64,000 nt of DNA from a phage. Below, piece after piece: positions 54,379 to 63,834 of this stretch (position 1 is the first letter of the stretch; every line of letters begins with the position of its first letter). Where the stretch lies: the sequence record PZ445443.1; one strand, given 5' to 3'. Below the pieces are notes generated by a model that saw nothing but the letters and a program-made list of their open reading frames with translations, made no database searches and was not told the DNA's origin. The position numbers and the translations under genes are program-made.

Positions 54379-54837
54379 TTAGAAGTTTGTTTTTACACGT
54401 CCCTTTTCATCGACTTCGTTATTAGCTAAAAGCGTTACAAAGTCTGTGAAACGGACATGAAGAACTCTTTTCTTATCAAGGTATCCTAAAGCCACCCCTG
54501 AGAAATTTAGCATCAAAGGGGCTAAAGAAGCTCTGGCACTGAAATGCTGTTGTTCTACCCTTCCAACACCCTTAGTGTAGGAAGGGTTAAGATTGTAAGT
54601 TCTGAATCCTAGTTTTGTTGGAGCTTTAGAATTAAAAACAACTTTATAGCGTTTCTTACTCAACTTATGCTCCAGGATAAGCATTCCCTTATCACCCTTG
54701 ATAAGTTGAAAATCTGTAAAGTGCTCTTTTAAGACGAAAGGTAGTGCCAGCCCCATCGCCTGCCCCCTTTGTACCGCTGTCTCACCAAAAGCTTTTGCAT
54801 CAGTAAGTTCTTTGGTCAAGTCTATGCTTTTGATCAT
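54379..54837 (-). CDS. hypothetical protein
   Basis: ATG after GGAGA RBS. Confidence 0.5.
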   Translation of the reverse strand: MIKSIDLTKELTDAKAFGETAVQRGQAMGLALPFVLKEHFTDFQLIKGDKGMLILEHKLSKKRYKVVFNSKAPTKLGFRTYNLNPSYTKGVGRVEQQHFSARASLAPLMLNFSGVALGYLDKKRVLHVRFTDFVTLLANNEVDEKGRVKTNF

Positions 54838-55618
54838 ACCTAGTCTCCAAAATGTATTGTAGTTCTTTCTTACCTATACTCTTCATTCCGGCAGTCTTAC
54901 CTGCTTCTTCTTGAAAAGAAGAATAGCATTCAGCAAACACTCTGTCAACACCGTCAACTAAAGATTTTATGAAATATGTTGATTCTTCAGATTTTGGGTC
55001 ATCATCCCCCAATACTTTTCCAGCATTATACCCAACACGTCTTACACAGAAGTCGTAGTCATCTGGTGTGCTAAAAGAAAATAACTTATTCTCTCCAATC
55101 TTTACAGGATCCCTATTGCACTCCTTTTTCTCCCAAATTTGGAAAACACATGGCACGTCATAAGGTTTGCCATTAAGTAAAAACGAGTTCTTAGGGCACC
55201 TTTCGCTGTAGACAAGGTGCATCGACATGTCCAATTTGTTTGCAAAAAATATTTTTTCAAATGTCCGTGGCAAGATGAAGGCTATAGCCCCTCCAAGCTC
55301 TAGCAATGATGCACAATGGTTAAAGAATTTGCAAGCTAAGGATGAATTCTTGCCAAATGGTGGGTTACCTATGAAGACATCTGCCTTGGGATGCACCTCC
55401 AAGAAGTTTGCCTGAATGCACGGTGTTGGTCCTTCAAATTCAGGGTCTGGTACTAAATCGTACGACAGTATCTCTGAAAATAGTTTTGAAAAAGAACCCC
55501 TTCCAGCAGAAGGCTCAACGTATGCACAATTCCCATATTTGTCTTTTACTTTACCAACAAGATATTCTGCATACCCTGGGTTTGTGTAATATTTGTCGTT
55601 AGACTCTTTCTTGCTCAA
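54800..55618 (-). CDS. DNA methyltransferase (N6-adenine or N4-cytosine)
   Basis: Catalytic NPPF motif (FIGNPPFGKNS); 272 aa. Confidence 0.6.
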   Translation of the reverse strand: MSKKESNDKYYTNPGYAEYLVGKVKDKYGNCAYVEPSAGRGSFSKLFSEILSYDLVPDPEFEGPTPCIQANFLEVHPKADVFIGNPPFGKNSSLACKFFNHCASLLELGGAIAFILPRTFEKIFFANKLDMSMHLVYSERCPKNSFLLNGKPYDVPCVFQIWEKKECNRDPVKIGENKLFSFSTPDDYDFCVRRVGYNAGKVLGDDDPKSEESTYFIKSLVDGVDRVFAECYSSFQEEAGKTAGMKSIGKKELQYILETRYDQKHRLDQRTY

Positions 55619-55664
55619 AGTGCCTCCAAAAGGAAAAGGGAGGCTTGCGCCTCCCCTCTACTTG

Positions 55665-56654
55665 TTAGATTATCTGAATCAGGGTGTTTTTCATCTCTTC
55701 TCTGGTACGGATGTTGTTACGATCACGAACAACAGATCCACAACCTTCGCAGCGGTATGTTTTAAATGCACTCAGCTGAGTATACGCCAAAGCTTCTTCC
55801 TCGTGAAGGTGTTCTCCACCACAGCGTGGGCAACGAACCTTTAGCTCCTCGTCCTGGTAGTACAATGACATGTTTGGGTGCTGCTTAGCAAACGGGCGAG
55901 CCAGCAAATACAGGCCTTCCAGAGACAGGATATCACCAACATTATACTCCCGCATCTGTTTAAATGCCTCAAGATCACCGTGAACACACTTGATCCACAT
56001 TTCAAATGTGTGGTCAATCAGTTTCTGCCGGGCTAGTTGGAAGTATTTGCATGCATACTCTAAAGTGTTTGCATTCAAACGGAATGCCTTCTTGATCATT
56101 TTAAGGGTGTCAACCTCTTTGTAGGGGCTTGTTGGAGGCAACCCGTGAAATGCAAATCGTTGGTTGGCCCACCCGCAGTCAAAACCTGAATTGTGGGCTA
56201 CTGCGACATCGCATTTATCCAGATAATACCACAAATCCTGAATCAATTCGAGATCATTGTGAATATCCTCATCCCACATTTTGTAATCGGGAAGAGCGCA
56301 GTCAACCACACTAGGGCTGTCTAACCACTTACCTGCGAAAGTTAGCATATAAGGCATAACTTCAATACCACAGGTTTGAATGTTGGTCTTATAGTGCCCA
56401 AAGAACCAGCCGTTTGTTGGGGATGTCTCTGTATCATACACCCAAACTTTAGCGCCTTTGTGCTCTTCAAGGAAGCGCTCCGTTGCTTCTCCTACAATCT
56501 CTGACATATTCTCTTGTGCACGTTTAAGCTGTAGTCGGATCCAGCTCTCACGTGACTCACGGCCTAAAAATTCACGAGCAATTTGTCTATTAGTGTATCC
56601 CTGTTGCTTTAGTGTTAAAATTTGCTCAAGAGTTAACTTTGTCATCATCGTCAA
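55665..56654 (-). CDS. DEDD-family 3'-5' exonuclease with C-terminal zinc ribbon
   Basis: Exo motifs VWVYDTETS, VAHNSGFDCGW, H...D (HGDLEAF); C-terminal CPRCGG...CEGCG. Confidence 0.55.
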   Translation of the reverse strand: MTMMTKLTLEQILTLKQQGYTNRQIAREFLGRESRESWIRLQLKRAQENMSEIVGEATERFLEEHKGAKVWVYDTETSPTNGWFFGHYKTNIQTCGIEVMPYMLTFAGKWLDSPSVVDCALPDYKMWDEDIHNDLELIQDLWYYLDKCDVAVAHNSGFDCGWANQRFAFHGLPPTSPYKEVDTLKMIKKAFRLNANTLEYACKYFQLARQKLIDHTFEMWIKCVHGDLEAFKQMREYNVGDILSLEGLYLLARPFAKQHPNMSLYYQDEELKVRCPRCGGEHLHEEEALAYTQLSAFKTYRCEGCGSVVRDRNNIRTREEMKNTLIQII

Positions 56655-56660
56655 GATTCC

Positions 56661-56882
56661 TTAGTAAAACTGAAGAATGTCTTTTAAAGCGAAGTCACGA
56701 TATTCGCCCTTGTCTACATCGAAGGCACGCATCAACCACTGCTCTTCTTTATGATACTCTGTAGAGCCAAACCATAAATTAGGCTCAGTAACGCAGCGAT
56801 CTGCAACAACACCTTTCCAGTTACGGTATTTCATCCTGATCAGGACTGAGTCGCAAGGATTGAATACCTTTTTCATCCCCAT
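56661..56882 (-). CDS. hypothetical protein
   Basis: ATG after GAGGAGAGAG RBS. Confidence 0.5.
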   Translation of the reverse strand: MGMKKVFNPCDSVLIRMKYRNWKGVVADRCVTEPNLWFGSTEYHKEEQWLMRAFDVDKGEYRDFALKDILQFY

Positions 56883-57426
56883 AGAAGTCTCTCTCCTCAG
56901 TTTTCTTTATAAACTCCTGCATGTAGGACTCAATAGCCTCATGCTTGGTGCACTCTGGATTAATGACAAGATTGAGATCTGATTCTGCTCGTGCAATAAC
57001 CGTAGCTTTAGAGCATCTCCTCAAGAACTTTGTCATATCATCTCTGTAGTTTTTGTGGAGCGGGAAGTCGCTGTAGTCTTTCTCCAGATAGTCAGCCATC
57101 CGGCGCAACGCCTCTGATAAGCTGCAATCTGTATACTCGTTACAGTATTTCATCCAGTATTTAAGCACATACCCCTCAAAGGTATTAGTGCACTGAGACA
57201 AAACACCCCTGCAACGACCAGTCAGATGATCATGATCTAAACAAGGCTTACGAAGTGGCTCGCACAAGATCGGATCAAGACCATCCTGCTCCTCTGACAA
57301 TTCTTTTCGAAAGTTGGCTATGTCCTTAGAATCTTTTAGCCACCCGCTATGAACGGGGGCTTTGACAGCTTTCTTTCTTATTTTACGCTTTGCGATAACC
57401 CCTCCAGATGCGCCCTGCCTATCCAA
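56821..57426 (-). CDS. endonuclease VII-like (His-Me finger) protein
   Basis: CLDHDHLTGRCRGVLSQCTN matches the EndoVII core HxDHxTGxxRGxLCxxCN. Confidence 0.55.
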   Translation of the reverse strand: MDRQGASGGVIAKRKIRKKAVKAPVHSGWLKDSKDIANFRKELSEEQDGLDPILCEPLRKPCLDHDHLTGRCRGVLSQCTNTFEGYVLKYWMKYCNEYTDCSLSEALRRMADYLEKDYSDFPLHKNYRDDMTKFLRRCSKATVIARAESDLNLVINPECTKHEAIESYMQEFIKKTEERDFYGDEKGIQSLRLSPDQDEIP

Positions 57427-58007
57427 TAAGCATCTGCGAGATCGGCCTTACCTTGTACCAAATTGATCCCATCTAGGAACCCTGGTTCAGATACTTCGCA
57501 GGCCTTAACCATCAACTTTTTATCCATCGTAACAGGTTTCTTCACAGTATGCTCTTTACCTGTCTTTTTGTCAAGCTTTTTCTTCTCCTCAAAAGCAAGT
57601 TCTTCAGGAAGATGACTACGAGCAAACTTTTTGGCAGTTGTTGGTGTCACTGTGTGAACCTTAAACAGGCCGTCATTTTCACAATCAGCTAAAGCATCCC
57701 AAAGCATAACTTCGAGACCGTAAAACAACCCAGCCAGTTCACGTGTGGCATCCCCGCGAGATCCGAAGGAAAGTCCTTCCATAACCACGGTGTCAACGCC
57801 GTGCGTGTGGATATAATATCTGACCTGTTTGCAGATCCAGTCAATACGCTCAGCAGCTGTTGCAAAAGAAACCGTCCCTGGTTTCTTCTCTTTTGCAGAT
57901 GAGCTTTGAGTTCGTAACACAACCTTATGAACAGGCTTTCCATCGTCCCATACAACGCAAGCTGTGTGTGTCAACGACTGGTCTATGGATAATAGACGCT
58001 CTCTCAT
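57378..58007 (-). CDS. putative RuvC-like Holliday junction resolvase
   Basis: RNase H-fold-like acidic residues (SIDQSLTHTACVV; VVMEGLSFG; ADAYWIGRA); inference from motif spacing. Confidence 0.45.
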   Translation of the reverse strand: MRERLLSIDQSLTHTACVVWDDGKPVHKVVLRTQSSSAKEKKPGTVSFATAAERIDWICKQVRYYIHTHGVDTVVMEGLSFGSRGDATRELAGLFYGLEVMLWDALADCENDGLFKVHTVTPTTAKKFARSHLPEELAFEEKKKLDKKTGKEHTVKKPVTMDKKLMVKACEVSEPGFLDGINLVQGKADLADAYWIGRAHLEGLSQSVK

Positions 58008-58339
58008 ACTTCCTCATCCTCCTCTCCTTCATCAGGAGCATAAGCCTTATCTTTGAACAAGACGAGAGAGCAAAGCTTAACATCTGTTTCCACACTGGTG
58101 AACATGCATAACCGCTCGCCCTCAATCAGTTCACAATCCTCTTTTAAAACAGCAGACCATACACGGTCATCTGCGTAATCATCAGTGTACAGGATGTATG
58201 AAATGGTGTCATCTTCATACAACCGCCACATACCTGTGGCAACAACGAATGTATTTTTTGTTTTAAGTGTCCCTGTTGTATGATCATCCTCAAAAACAGC
58301 TTCCATAATTGCACTATCTACAGAATTTTTAGTCATCAA
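58004..58339 (-). CDS. hypothetical protein
   Basis: Co-oriented ORF, ATGA overlaps. Confidence 0.45.
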   Translation of the reverse strand: MMTKNSVDSAIMEAVFEDDHTTGTLKTKNTFVVATGMWRLYEDDTISYILYTDDYADDRVWSAVLKEDCELIEGERLCMFTSVETDVKLCSLVLFKDKAYAPDEGEEDEEV

Positions 58340-59475
58340 ATTGCTCCAACATTTCTAAGAACGTTAACAAGTTTTGTTTGATCATTGAATGTTCGCTTCA
58401 TATACAAACAGTCAAAAATTATACTCATCCATTGACCTACGGAAATTCTACGATCAACACCATTGAAGTCAGTATACTTAACAACACCTTTCGGGAACCA
58501 CTTCTTGTACTGATCAATAATAGCCACCCACATCTCCTTTGGAGTGCTGCACTGAGACAGTAGGTAGAATGCTGAGGCATCCCCGAACTTACCCTTACCG
58601 ATAAGTCCTTGATACGGCTTGATATTGTCAGCAGAGTCACCACACAGCATTTGGTATCCGAAGAACAGCATTCCGTAACCACCAACCTCTCCATTAGGCT
58701 TCATGAAGATGTTTCCCATACCGTTATCGATCAGCATAGGGGTTTCCCTTACAAAATCTCCCTTATCGTTTCGCATGGGATCGAACACAAGCCCCGGTAG
58801 TGTTCTTTGGTCCTTATCAATAGAGATAATAAACTTGTTGAACTTACCTGTTTTTTGGTAGTGGTTCCAACCTTCAAATTGCTGGATAGCTAACCAGTCG
58901 TCAGCCTCGATACCGTTGATCACTTGAGCATTATACTGCTTTTGGAGATACTGTCTTGCATCTCCAAGCAGCAGTGGTCGAAGAGTATTGTTACGGTTGG
59001 CTTTGTATCTTTCCGGCATGGGAAGATCTAGTCTGAAATTACCTGTGCCTCCAAGTACCCCCACGCACCGATCTTCCGGAATACCGAGATAATTAAGGAC
59101 TGCATTAGCTTTACACTTAATTGTGTGCAAGCAGTTCTCTACAGGATCAGGGGTTTGGATATCCAAGACATCGAAATCTTCTCGTGTCCACGGAATAAAC
59201 TCCTTGCCAGCCTTTTTACATGCAGCTTCACGGTTGGTATTCTCAGCTTTTAACCAACCACCAACGGTGTTCTTCTGCCGCCCCCAGAACTCTGTTCGTG
59301 TTTTAAACATCTTCTTACGTCCGGAGGCTTTGTGTGTTACCTCAATTGTCCTTTTTTCACAACTTGCTGCAGCTTGATATGCAACCTGATCGAAGTCATA
59401 ATAAACTATAGCGTCAGGTTCAAGAAGATCAGCCAGACAATCTATGGACTCAATAAGTGGATATTCTCTACTCAA
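58336..59475 (-). CDS. 5'-3' exonuclease / flap endonuclease
   Basis: H3TH motif LCGDSADNIKPYQGLIGKG (T5 D15: GDLGDNIRGVEGIGAKRG) and GIEADDWLA (GVEADDMAA). Confidence 0.65.
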   Translation of the reverse strand: MSREYPLIESIDCLADLLEPDAIVYYDFDQVAYQAAASCEKRTIEVTHKASGRKKMFKTRTEFWGRQKNTVGGWLKAENTNREAACKKAGKEFIPWTREDFDVLDIQTPDPVENCLHTIKCKANAVLNYLGIPEDRCVGVLGGTGNFRLDLPMPERYKANRNNTLRPLLLGDARQYLQKQYNAQVINGIEADDWLAIQQFEGWNHYQKTGKFNKFIISIDKDQRTLPGLVFDPMRNDKGDFVRETPMLIDNGMGNIFMKPNGEVGGYGMLFFGYQMLCGDSADNIKPYQGLIGKGKFGDASAFYLLSQCSTPKEMWVAIIDQYKKWFPKGVVKYTDFNGVDRRISVGQWMSIIFDCLYMKRTFNDQTKLVNVLRNVGAI

Positions 59476-59776
59476 AGACCCTCCTGTTAGTTATTCTGCA
59501 AGATGGTTGGATGCTGTAATGGAATGCATCATCACTTTCTGCAATAAGTGACTCAACATCCCAATACTTTTCAAAAAGGAACGGATTAGAACCCCAGTGA
59601 TGAGTTATTTTCATCAAGGAGTCTGGTATCAGATAACCAGAGATCTTAACTACATCACCAGGTTGAATTGTGTTTTCATGAAGGTTGCTTGCCTTCTTCA
59701 GGATCATACCTTTATGATTCTCGTTTGCATACAACTGGACAATATCTTTATCTTCAACAATAAAAATTTTAAGCAT
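59468..59776 (-). CDS. hypothetical protein
   Basis: Co-oriented ORF. Confidence 0.45.
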   Translation of the reverse strand: MLKIFIVEDKDIVQLYANENHKGMILKKASNLHENTIQPGDVVKISGYLIPDSLMKITHHWGSNPFLFEKYWDVESLIAESDDAFHYSIQPSCRITNRRVFE

Positions 59777-59835
59777 ATCTAGTTCTCCTGGTTTATAAAT
59801 ATCTGAACGATAATATCAGATTAATAACACTTTTG

Positions 59836-60129
59836 TCAAGACTTTTTAGTCTTTCTTGGAGAGCTTTTTGTTGATCTTTTCCTTTTGTGGTAGATTCCAA
59901 GTGCAGCGTTTTCTTGGGCGCACGTTTTAACAGTTCTCAGACAAGAACTTTCAGCTTTAGGCAGGTTTAACTCCCACCAACCAAGCCAGTAAAGTTCTGA
60001 TTCAGACAACTGCTCAGATTCAGCCTTCCGATACAAGGCTTGCATACCTCTAATGATATCGTCCAGAGGTGTATCGAATACAAAAGCTGTCTTATCGAAT
60101 TTCTCTTTTACAGGTCTCTTAGCCATCAA
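59836..60129 (-). CDS. hypothetical protein
   Basis: Co-oriented ORF, basic C-terminus. Confidence 0.45.
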   Translation of the reverse strand: MMAKRPVKEKFDKTAFVFDTPLDDIIRGMQALYRKAESEQLSESELYWLGWWELNLPKAESSCLRTVKTCAQENAALGIYHKRKRSTKSSPRKTKKS

Positions 60130-60583
60130 GGTAACCCTCTATCCACGAAAAGTCAGTCTTCCATTCTGGAACTTTACTAAGCTCACGCCACTCTGCAAAG
60201 CAGTCTCGGTAATACGCCTCTGCCATACCTTTGGTGATCTTATTCACCTTAGCCAACTGATTAACTGCCTGAGCATACTTTCCACGGATATTTGCTAACC
60301 CAGGATGCACCGATGTGTGACAATCTGGGCACAACGCTATCAGTCCGACAAGCCGGATCACTCCCTCTTCGAAAGTGTAAAGTTCATGACACTCCACTGG
60401 GTGTTTGCTGCCTTTACCTCCGCACACCTCACAAGTGTAGTTGGCTTCTCTGTAGCACTTCTTACGGATCTTATCCCACTCACTCTTCTTCACAGCGTTT
60501 CGGAGGTTATTATACCAAGCTGTTTCTGGGATCAGTTGCACAATAAGCCTGCGTTCAGACTTCATTAAACGTCCGTCTTCCAC
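60119..60583 (-). CDS. putative HNH-family nuclease
   Basis: CEVCGG...HPVECHELY...CPDCH zinc/HNH-like arrangement. Confidence 0.45.
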   Translation of the reverse strand: MEDGRLMKSERRLIVQLIPETAWYNNLRNAVKKSEWDKIRKKCYREANYTCEVCGGKGSKHPVECHELYTFEEGVIRLVGLIALCPDCHTSVHPGLANIRGKYAQAVNQLAKVNKITKGMAEAYYRDCFAEWRELSKVPEWKTDFSWIEGYLDG

Positions 60584-60592
60584 GTATCCTCC

Positions 60593-60799
60593 TCATTCAA
60601 AGAAATGGGTGCGAGGGCAGGAACCTGCCTCACCTTGTTTCACAAGTTCGTAGAGCTCACCTTGGCTTGTCTCATAAAGGCAAATACGTTTACCATTGTC
60701 CCGATATACATCGACAAGATACGCTGTTTCACCTGCAAACACGACACCACAGGCCAGACATGCTGCCATGAACAAAATTGCCAACAGAAAATCTTTCAT
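60593..60799 (-). CDS. putative small lipoprotein/secreted protein
   Basis: Hydrophobic N-terminus LLAILFMAACLACGVV with Cys residues; near the lysozyme gene. Confidence 0.4.
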   Translation of the reverse strand: MKDFLLAILFMAACLACGVVFAGETAYLVDVYRDNGKRICLYETSQGELYELVKQGEAGSCPRTHFFE

Positions 60800-60862
60800 G
60801 GTTAAACCCTCCTAAACATTTTATGAGGTAAAAATACCACGTCCGTGTGGTTATGTCAATGA

Positions 60863-61624
60863 TTAATCCTCAACACAAGGTCTTGGATAGCCTCTGGATA
60901 ACTTCCACTCAGTTAGTGACATCCCTCCGTAGAGACAGTTTACTTCCCAAGATTTTCTTGCACAAACTGCCTCCCACCACGGATTTAGCCACTTCCTGTC
61001 GTTGAAGCACCTTAAGTTTCTTCCTTTGTTATCTCGTGCCCTCCAACAGGTATCTTTCTTAGACCAATCAATACCAGGCAGGATATTATTCTTGTGCGGG
61101 TTTGGAACTATCTTTAAAGCCTCTTCAGGGTTAGCTATTGACCATTCAATCCTAGACTTAGCCTCTTCGAAAGTGTCAAAATCTCCCAACCTAACATTTA
61201 CCCTATTTATCCTTCTACTTGCCCTCCACTTACCCTCTCTTTTCAGCCATACCACCCCAGTCACTGTAGAGGTATTATTGCTTTGTACATTTTCCAAGGC
61301 TCTCTTACAGTAGTTATCCCAAGGCTTCAACATTTGAAGGTTTTCTATCTTGTCTACAGGCACCCCGTTAGTAGAATTTTTCTTAGAGACAATATGATCG
61401 ATATGCCAAGTATCTGTGACACATCCGTAAAACATGTCAAAAATTTCCCTATGTCTGCCACGTTTAACATTTGTCAGCTTATTATACACTTGGAAATATC
61501 CAGTCTTTTTGTTGTAGTGTCCAGCCCTATTTCCATTTCTACTGCAGCCAGGTTTCCAAAAGATTAGATCACCATCCTTGTACCAATAAGGATAGTGATC
61601 ATTAAAAAAGAAATGTATCGTCAT
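60863..61624 (-). CDS. HNH homing endonuclease with AP2-like DNA-binding domain
   Basis: GYFQVYNK and WHIDHIVSKKNS...ENLQML HNH core; downstream VVWLKREGKWRASRRINRVNVRLGDFDTFEEA AP2-like segment. Confidence 0.65.
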   Translation of the reverse strand: MTIHFFFNDHYPYWYKDGDLIFWKPGCSRNGNRAGHYNKKTGYFQVYNKLTNVKRGRHREIFDMFYGCVTDTWHIDHIVSKKNSTNGVPVDKIENLQMLKPWDNYCKRALENVQSNNTSTVTGVVWLKREGKWRASRRINRVNVRLGDFDTFEEAKSRIEWSIANPEEALKIVPNPHKNNILPGIDWSKKDTCWRARDNKGRNLRCFNDRKWLNPWWEAVCARKSWEVNCLYGGMSLTEWKLSRGYPRPCVED

Positions 61625-61678
61625 ATCTCAACACACCTCTGGTGTAGCAAGGTAGGCGAGTGGCCTACCTTTTGATCA

Positions 61679-62176
61679 TTAATCCAGAACAACACCTCCA
61701 AACTCTACAAATTTCTTAAGCAACTTGTCAATGGTTTTTGGATTTTGGTCGTACTGGTTGTATGGGAACGAAGCCCAAATATTTGAGGTCTTACGTATAG
61801 CAGATTTAATATGACCGTTATCTATATCTTCAAGTGCTTTACGTTCTCTGATCAACTGGATCGCCCACTTATCCTGACTGTCTGGTCCAAAATCAGGCAA
61901 CTTAAGCTGTTTTTTGTAGTGTTCCCAGTATTTGACAAGAAATTGATATTTACCGCAGGCTGTAGTTCTTTGCCCTTTTGAGTTAAACACTTTACCAGGG
62001 CGACCGTTTGCAAAAGGGTGCGTAGAAAAATCTGTAAAGATTTCAGGTTTTCCGTCCATCCCGTATGCTACAACATCGTATCCTCCACATTTGGTGGCAG
62101 GGTGGGTTGTTGTTCCCTCTGCCCAGCCAATAAGATCCAAGAAAGCTTTTCGTTGAACATTTTTATCAAGTTTCAT
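61679..62176 (-). CDS. lytic transglycosylase (lambda R-type endolysin)
   Basis: About 50% identity by eye to lambda R: QRKAFLD, EGT, GYDV, G.YQ.L, KQL.L.DF.P.SQD, SNIWAS, F.E.GG.V. Confidence 0.9.
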   Translation of the reverse strand: MKLDKNVQRKAFLDLIGWAEGTTTHPATKCGGYDVVAYGMDGKPEIFTDFSTHPFANGRPGKVFNSKGQRTTACGKYQFLVKYWEHYKKQLKLPDFGPDSQDKWAIQLIRERKALEDIDNGHIKSAIRKTSNIWASFPYNQYDQNPKTIDKLLKKFVEFGGVVLD

Positions 62177-62299
62177 TTTTCATACTCTCCAGTTTACTCA
62201 TAACTAACCCGATCAACAACACTGCATAGTGTGGTTATGTAGGTGCCAATTGAAAACCATCATTCAATTGGTTACCGTTACCTACTAGACCTTCCTACA

Positions 62300-63565
62300 T
62301 TATTCCAGCACCTCCCAAGTTTCTGGATTAAGATTGCGGAATGCGATACCCACAGGGAATTGAGGCACACCGTCCACCGTACGCTGTTGGAATTTTATCG
62401 TGATAAATTTGCCAACATATGAGCAGCATTTTTCGTAGTTCCTTACGGCAAAAGTGCCTTTCATTTTGCATTTGCATTGTGTCCCATCTTTCTCTTCGCA
62501 GATAAGAACACCTTCTCCGTTTTTATCTTTTTCAACACCGATCACTTTTGCTTCAACATCGGTGAACAGTTTCCACTTGAGCAGATCAGTAGAGCGTTGA
62601 CCGTATTCGTAGGTGCCACGGAAGTTACGAATAATAGATCCTTCATAACCTTCCTGCATGTACTGTCCGATGGAGTTGCGAACCTCTTCCTCGTTGTAGG
62701 CGATCTTGAAAGGAACACCCTCGACGTTGGTGAGATGGTTAACTTCACAATAATCAATAACTTCCTGAAGATTTGTGGCCCGATCTTCCCAGCGATGGAT
62801 GCAATCAGGAACATCGAACACCATCAGTTTCAGGTCATAAGAGCAGTAACCTCCATACCGATCAGAATCACGGACAGGTTCTTCATAAACCGGATGATCA
62901 ACCTTGTTGAAGTCTTTCCAGGTCTCCTCTCCGGCCTTGATCGCTTTCTCACGGCGTTTTATGTCTGCCATGAAGTCCTTATCAATTTCTTTCTCAATGT
63001 CTTCCAGACTACGCCATTTCTTAACGAGGGAGGTTATTTTCTGCAACGGTAGACCGTGAATGTAGAACTCTCCATCAAATTCATCAAAGCCTGTTTCTTC
63101 ATGCAGGTCTTGTAGCTCACGGAGGATGTTACCTTTCGGCTCATACACTTTGTTACCGCGAGAGATGAATTTAGGTACACCGTCTACGAATTTGACAAAG
63201 CAACGGTTCCCGTCAAGTTTGTGTTGCAGGTGGCATGGATACACAATAGCGTGTGGTTTTTTCGAAGCATCTTGCGCCAGCATAGGTGAAATGTCAATGG
63301 CCTCAAGGTCTTCGACATTTTCTTTGTAACCCAGCCGGACTTGCTTTTCCCATTTAGACTGCGCCTCTAAAACAGCTTGTTCTTCTGCTGTAGTTTCGTT
63401 GGATCGCCCGATGTTTTTGGCTTCACATTTTGTGGTTTTTGATTGTACAGCGCCACCAACCCTGCCGAACACAACAATAACCTCGTTGCCGCTTGTATCG
63501 ACTTTCCACATCTGGATGGACCCGTCTTTATTGCGAGCATAAAGTGTTGTTTTGAATTGATGCAT
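62300..63565 (-). CDS. ATP-dependent DNA ligase
   Basis: Adenylation motif I KxDGxR (HKLDGNRCFV); 421 aa. Confidence 0.75.
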   Translation of the reverse strand: MHQFKTTLYARNKDGSIQMWKVDTSGNEVIVVFGRVGGAVQSKTTKCEAKNIGRSNETTAEEQAVLEAQSKWEKQVRLGYKENVEDLEAIDISPMLAQDASKKPHAIVYPCHLQHKLDGNRCFVKFVDGVPKFISRGNKVYEPKGNILRELQDLHEETGFDEFDGEFYIHGLPLQKITSLVKKWRSLEDIEKEIDKDFMADIKRREKAIKAGEETWKDFNKVDHPVYEEPVRDSDRYGGYCSYDLKLMVFDVPDCIHRWEDRATNLQEVIDYCEVNHLTNVEGVPFKIAYNEEEVRNSIGQYMQEGYEGSIIRNFRGTYEYGQRSTDLLKWKLFTDVEAKVIGVEKDKNGEGVLICEEKDGTQCKCKMKGTFAVRNYEKCCSYVGKFITIKFQQRTVDGVPQFPVGIAFRNLNPETWEVLE

Positions 63566-63834
63566 TACTCTACCTCTTCCTTAAAAATTTTAAACATCTC
63601 TTCTTTACTCATTACCAACCAGTCACCCATAAAATCAACAAGCCAATCACCCTGGTACAAGACTAGGTTACCAAACGGCTCTACAAGCTCACACATACGA
63701 CGAAGATCTCTGGTCCGAACAGGTGACGATGTAAACACACCTGTATCAATCCACCGTTGCAGATCAGATACTGATGAAGAGCTTCCGTCAAACTGGTGTG
63801 CTTCTACAGGTTTAGCAAGATTAAATAACGGCAT
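63565..63834 (-). CDS. hypothetical protein
   Basis: ATG after AAGGAGG RBS; ATGA overlap with ligase gene. Confidence 0.5.
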   Translation of the reverse strand: MPLFNLAKPVEAHQFDGSSSSVSDLQRWIDTGVFTSSPVRTRDLRRMCELVEPFGNLVLYQGDWLVDFMGDWLVMSKEEMFKIFKEEVE

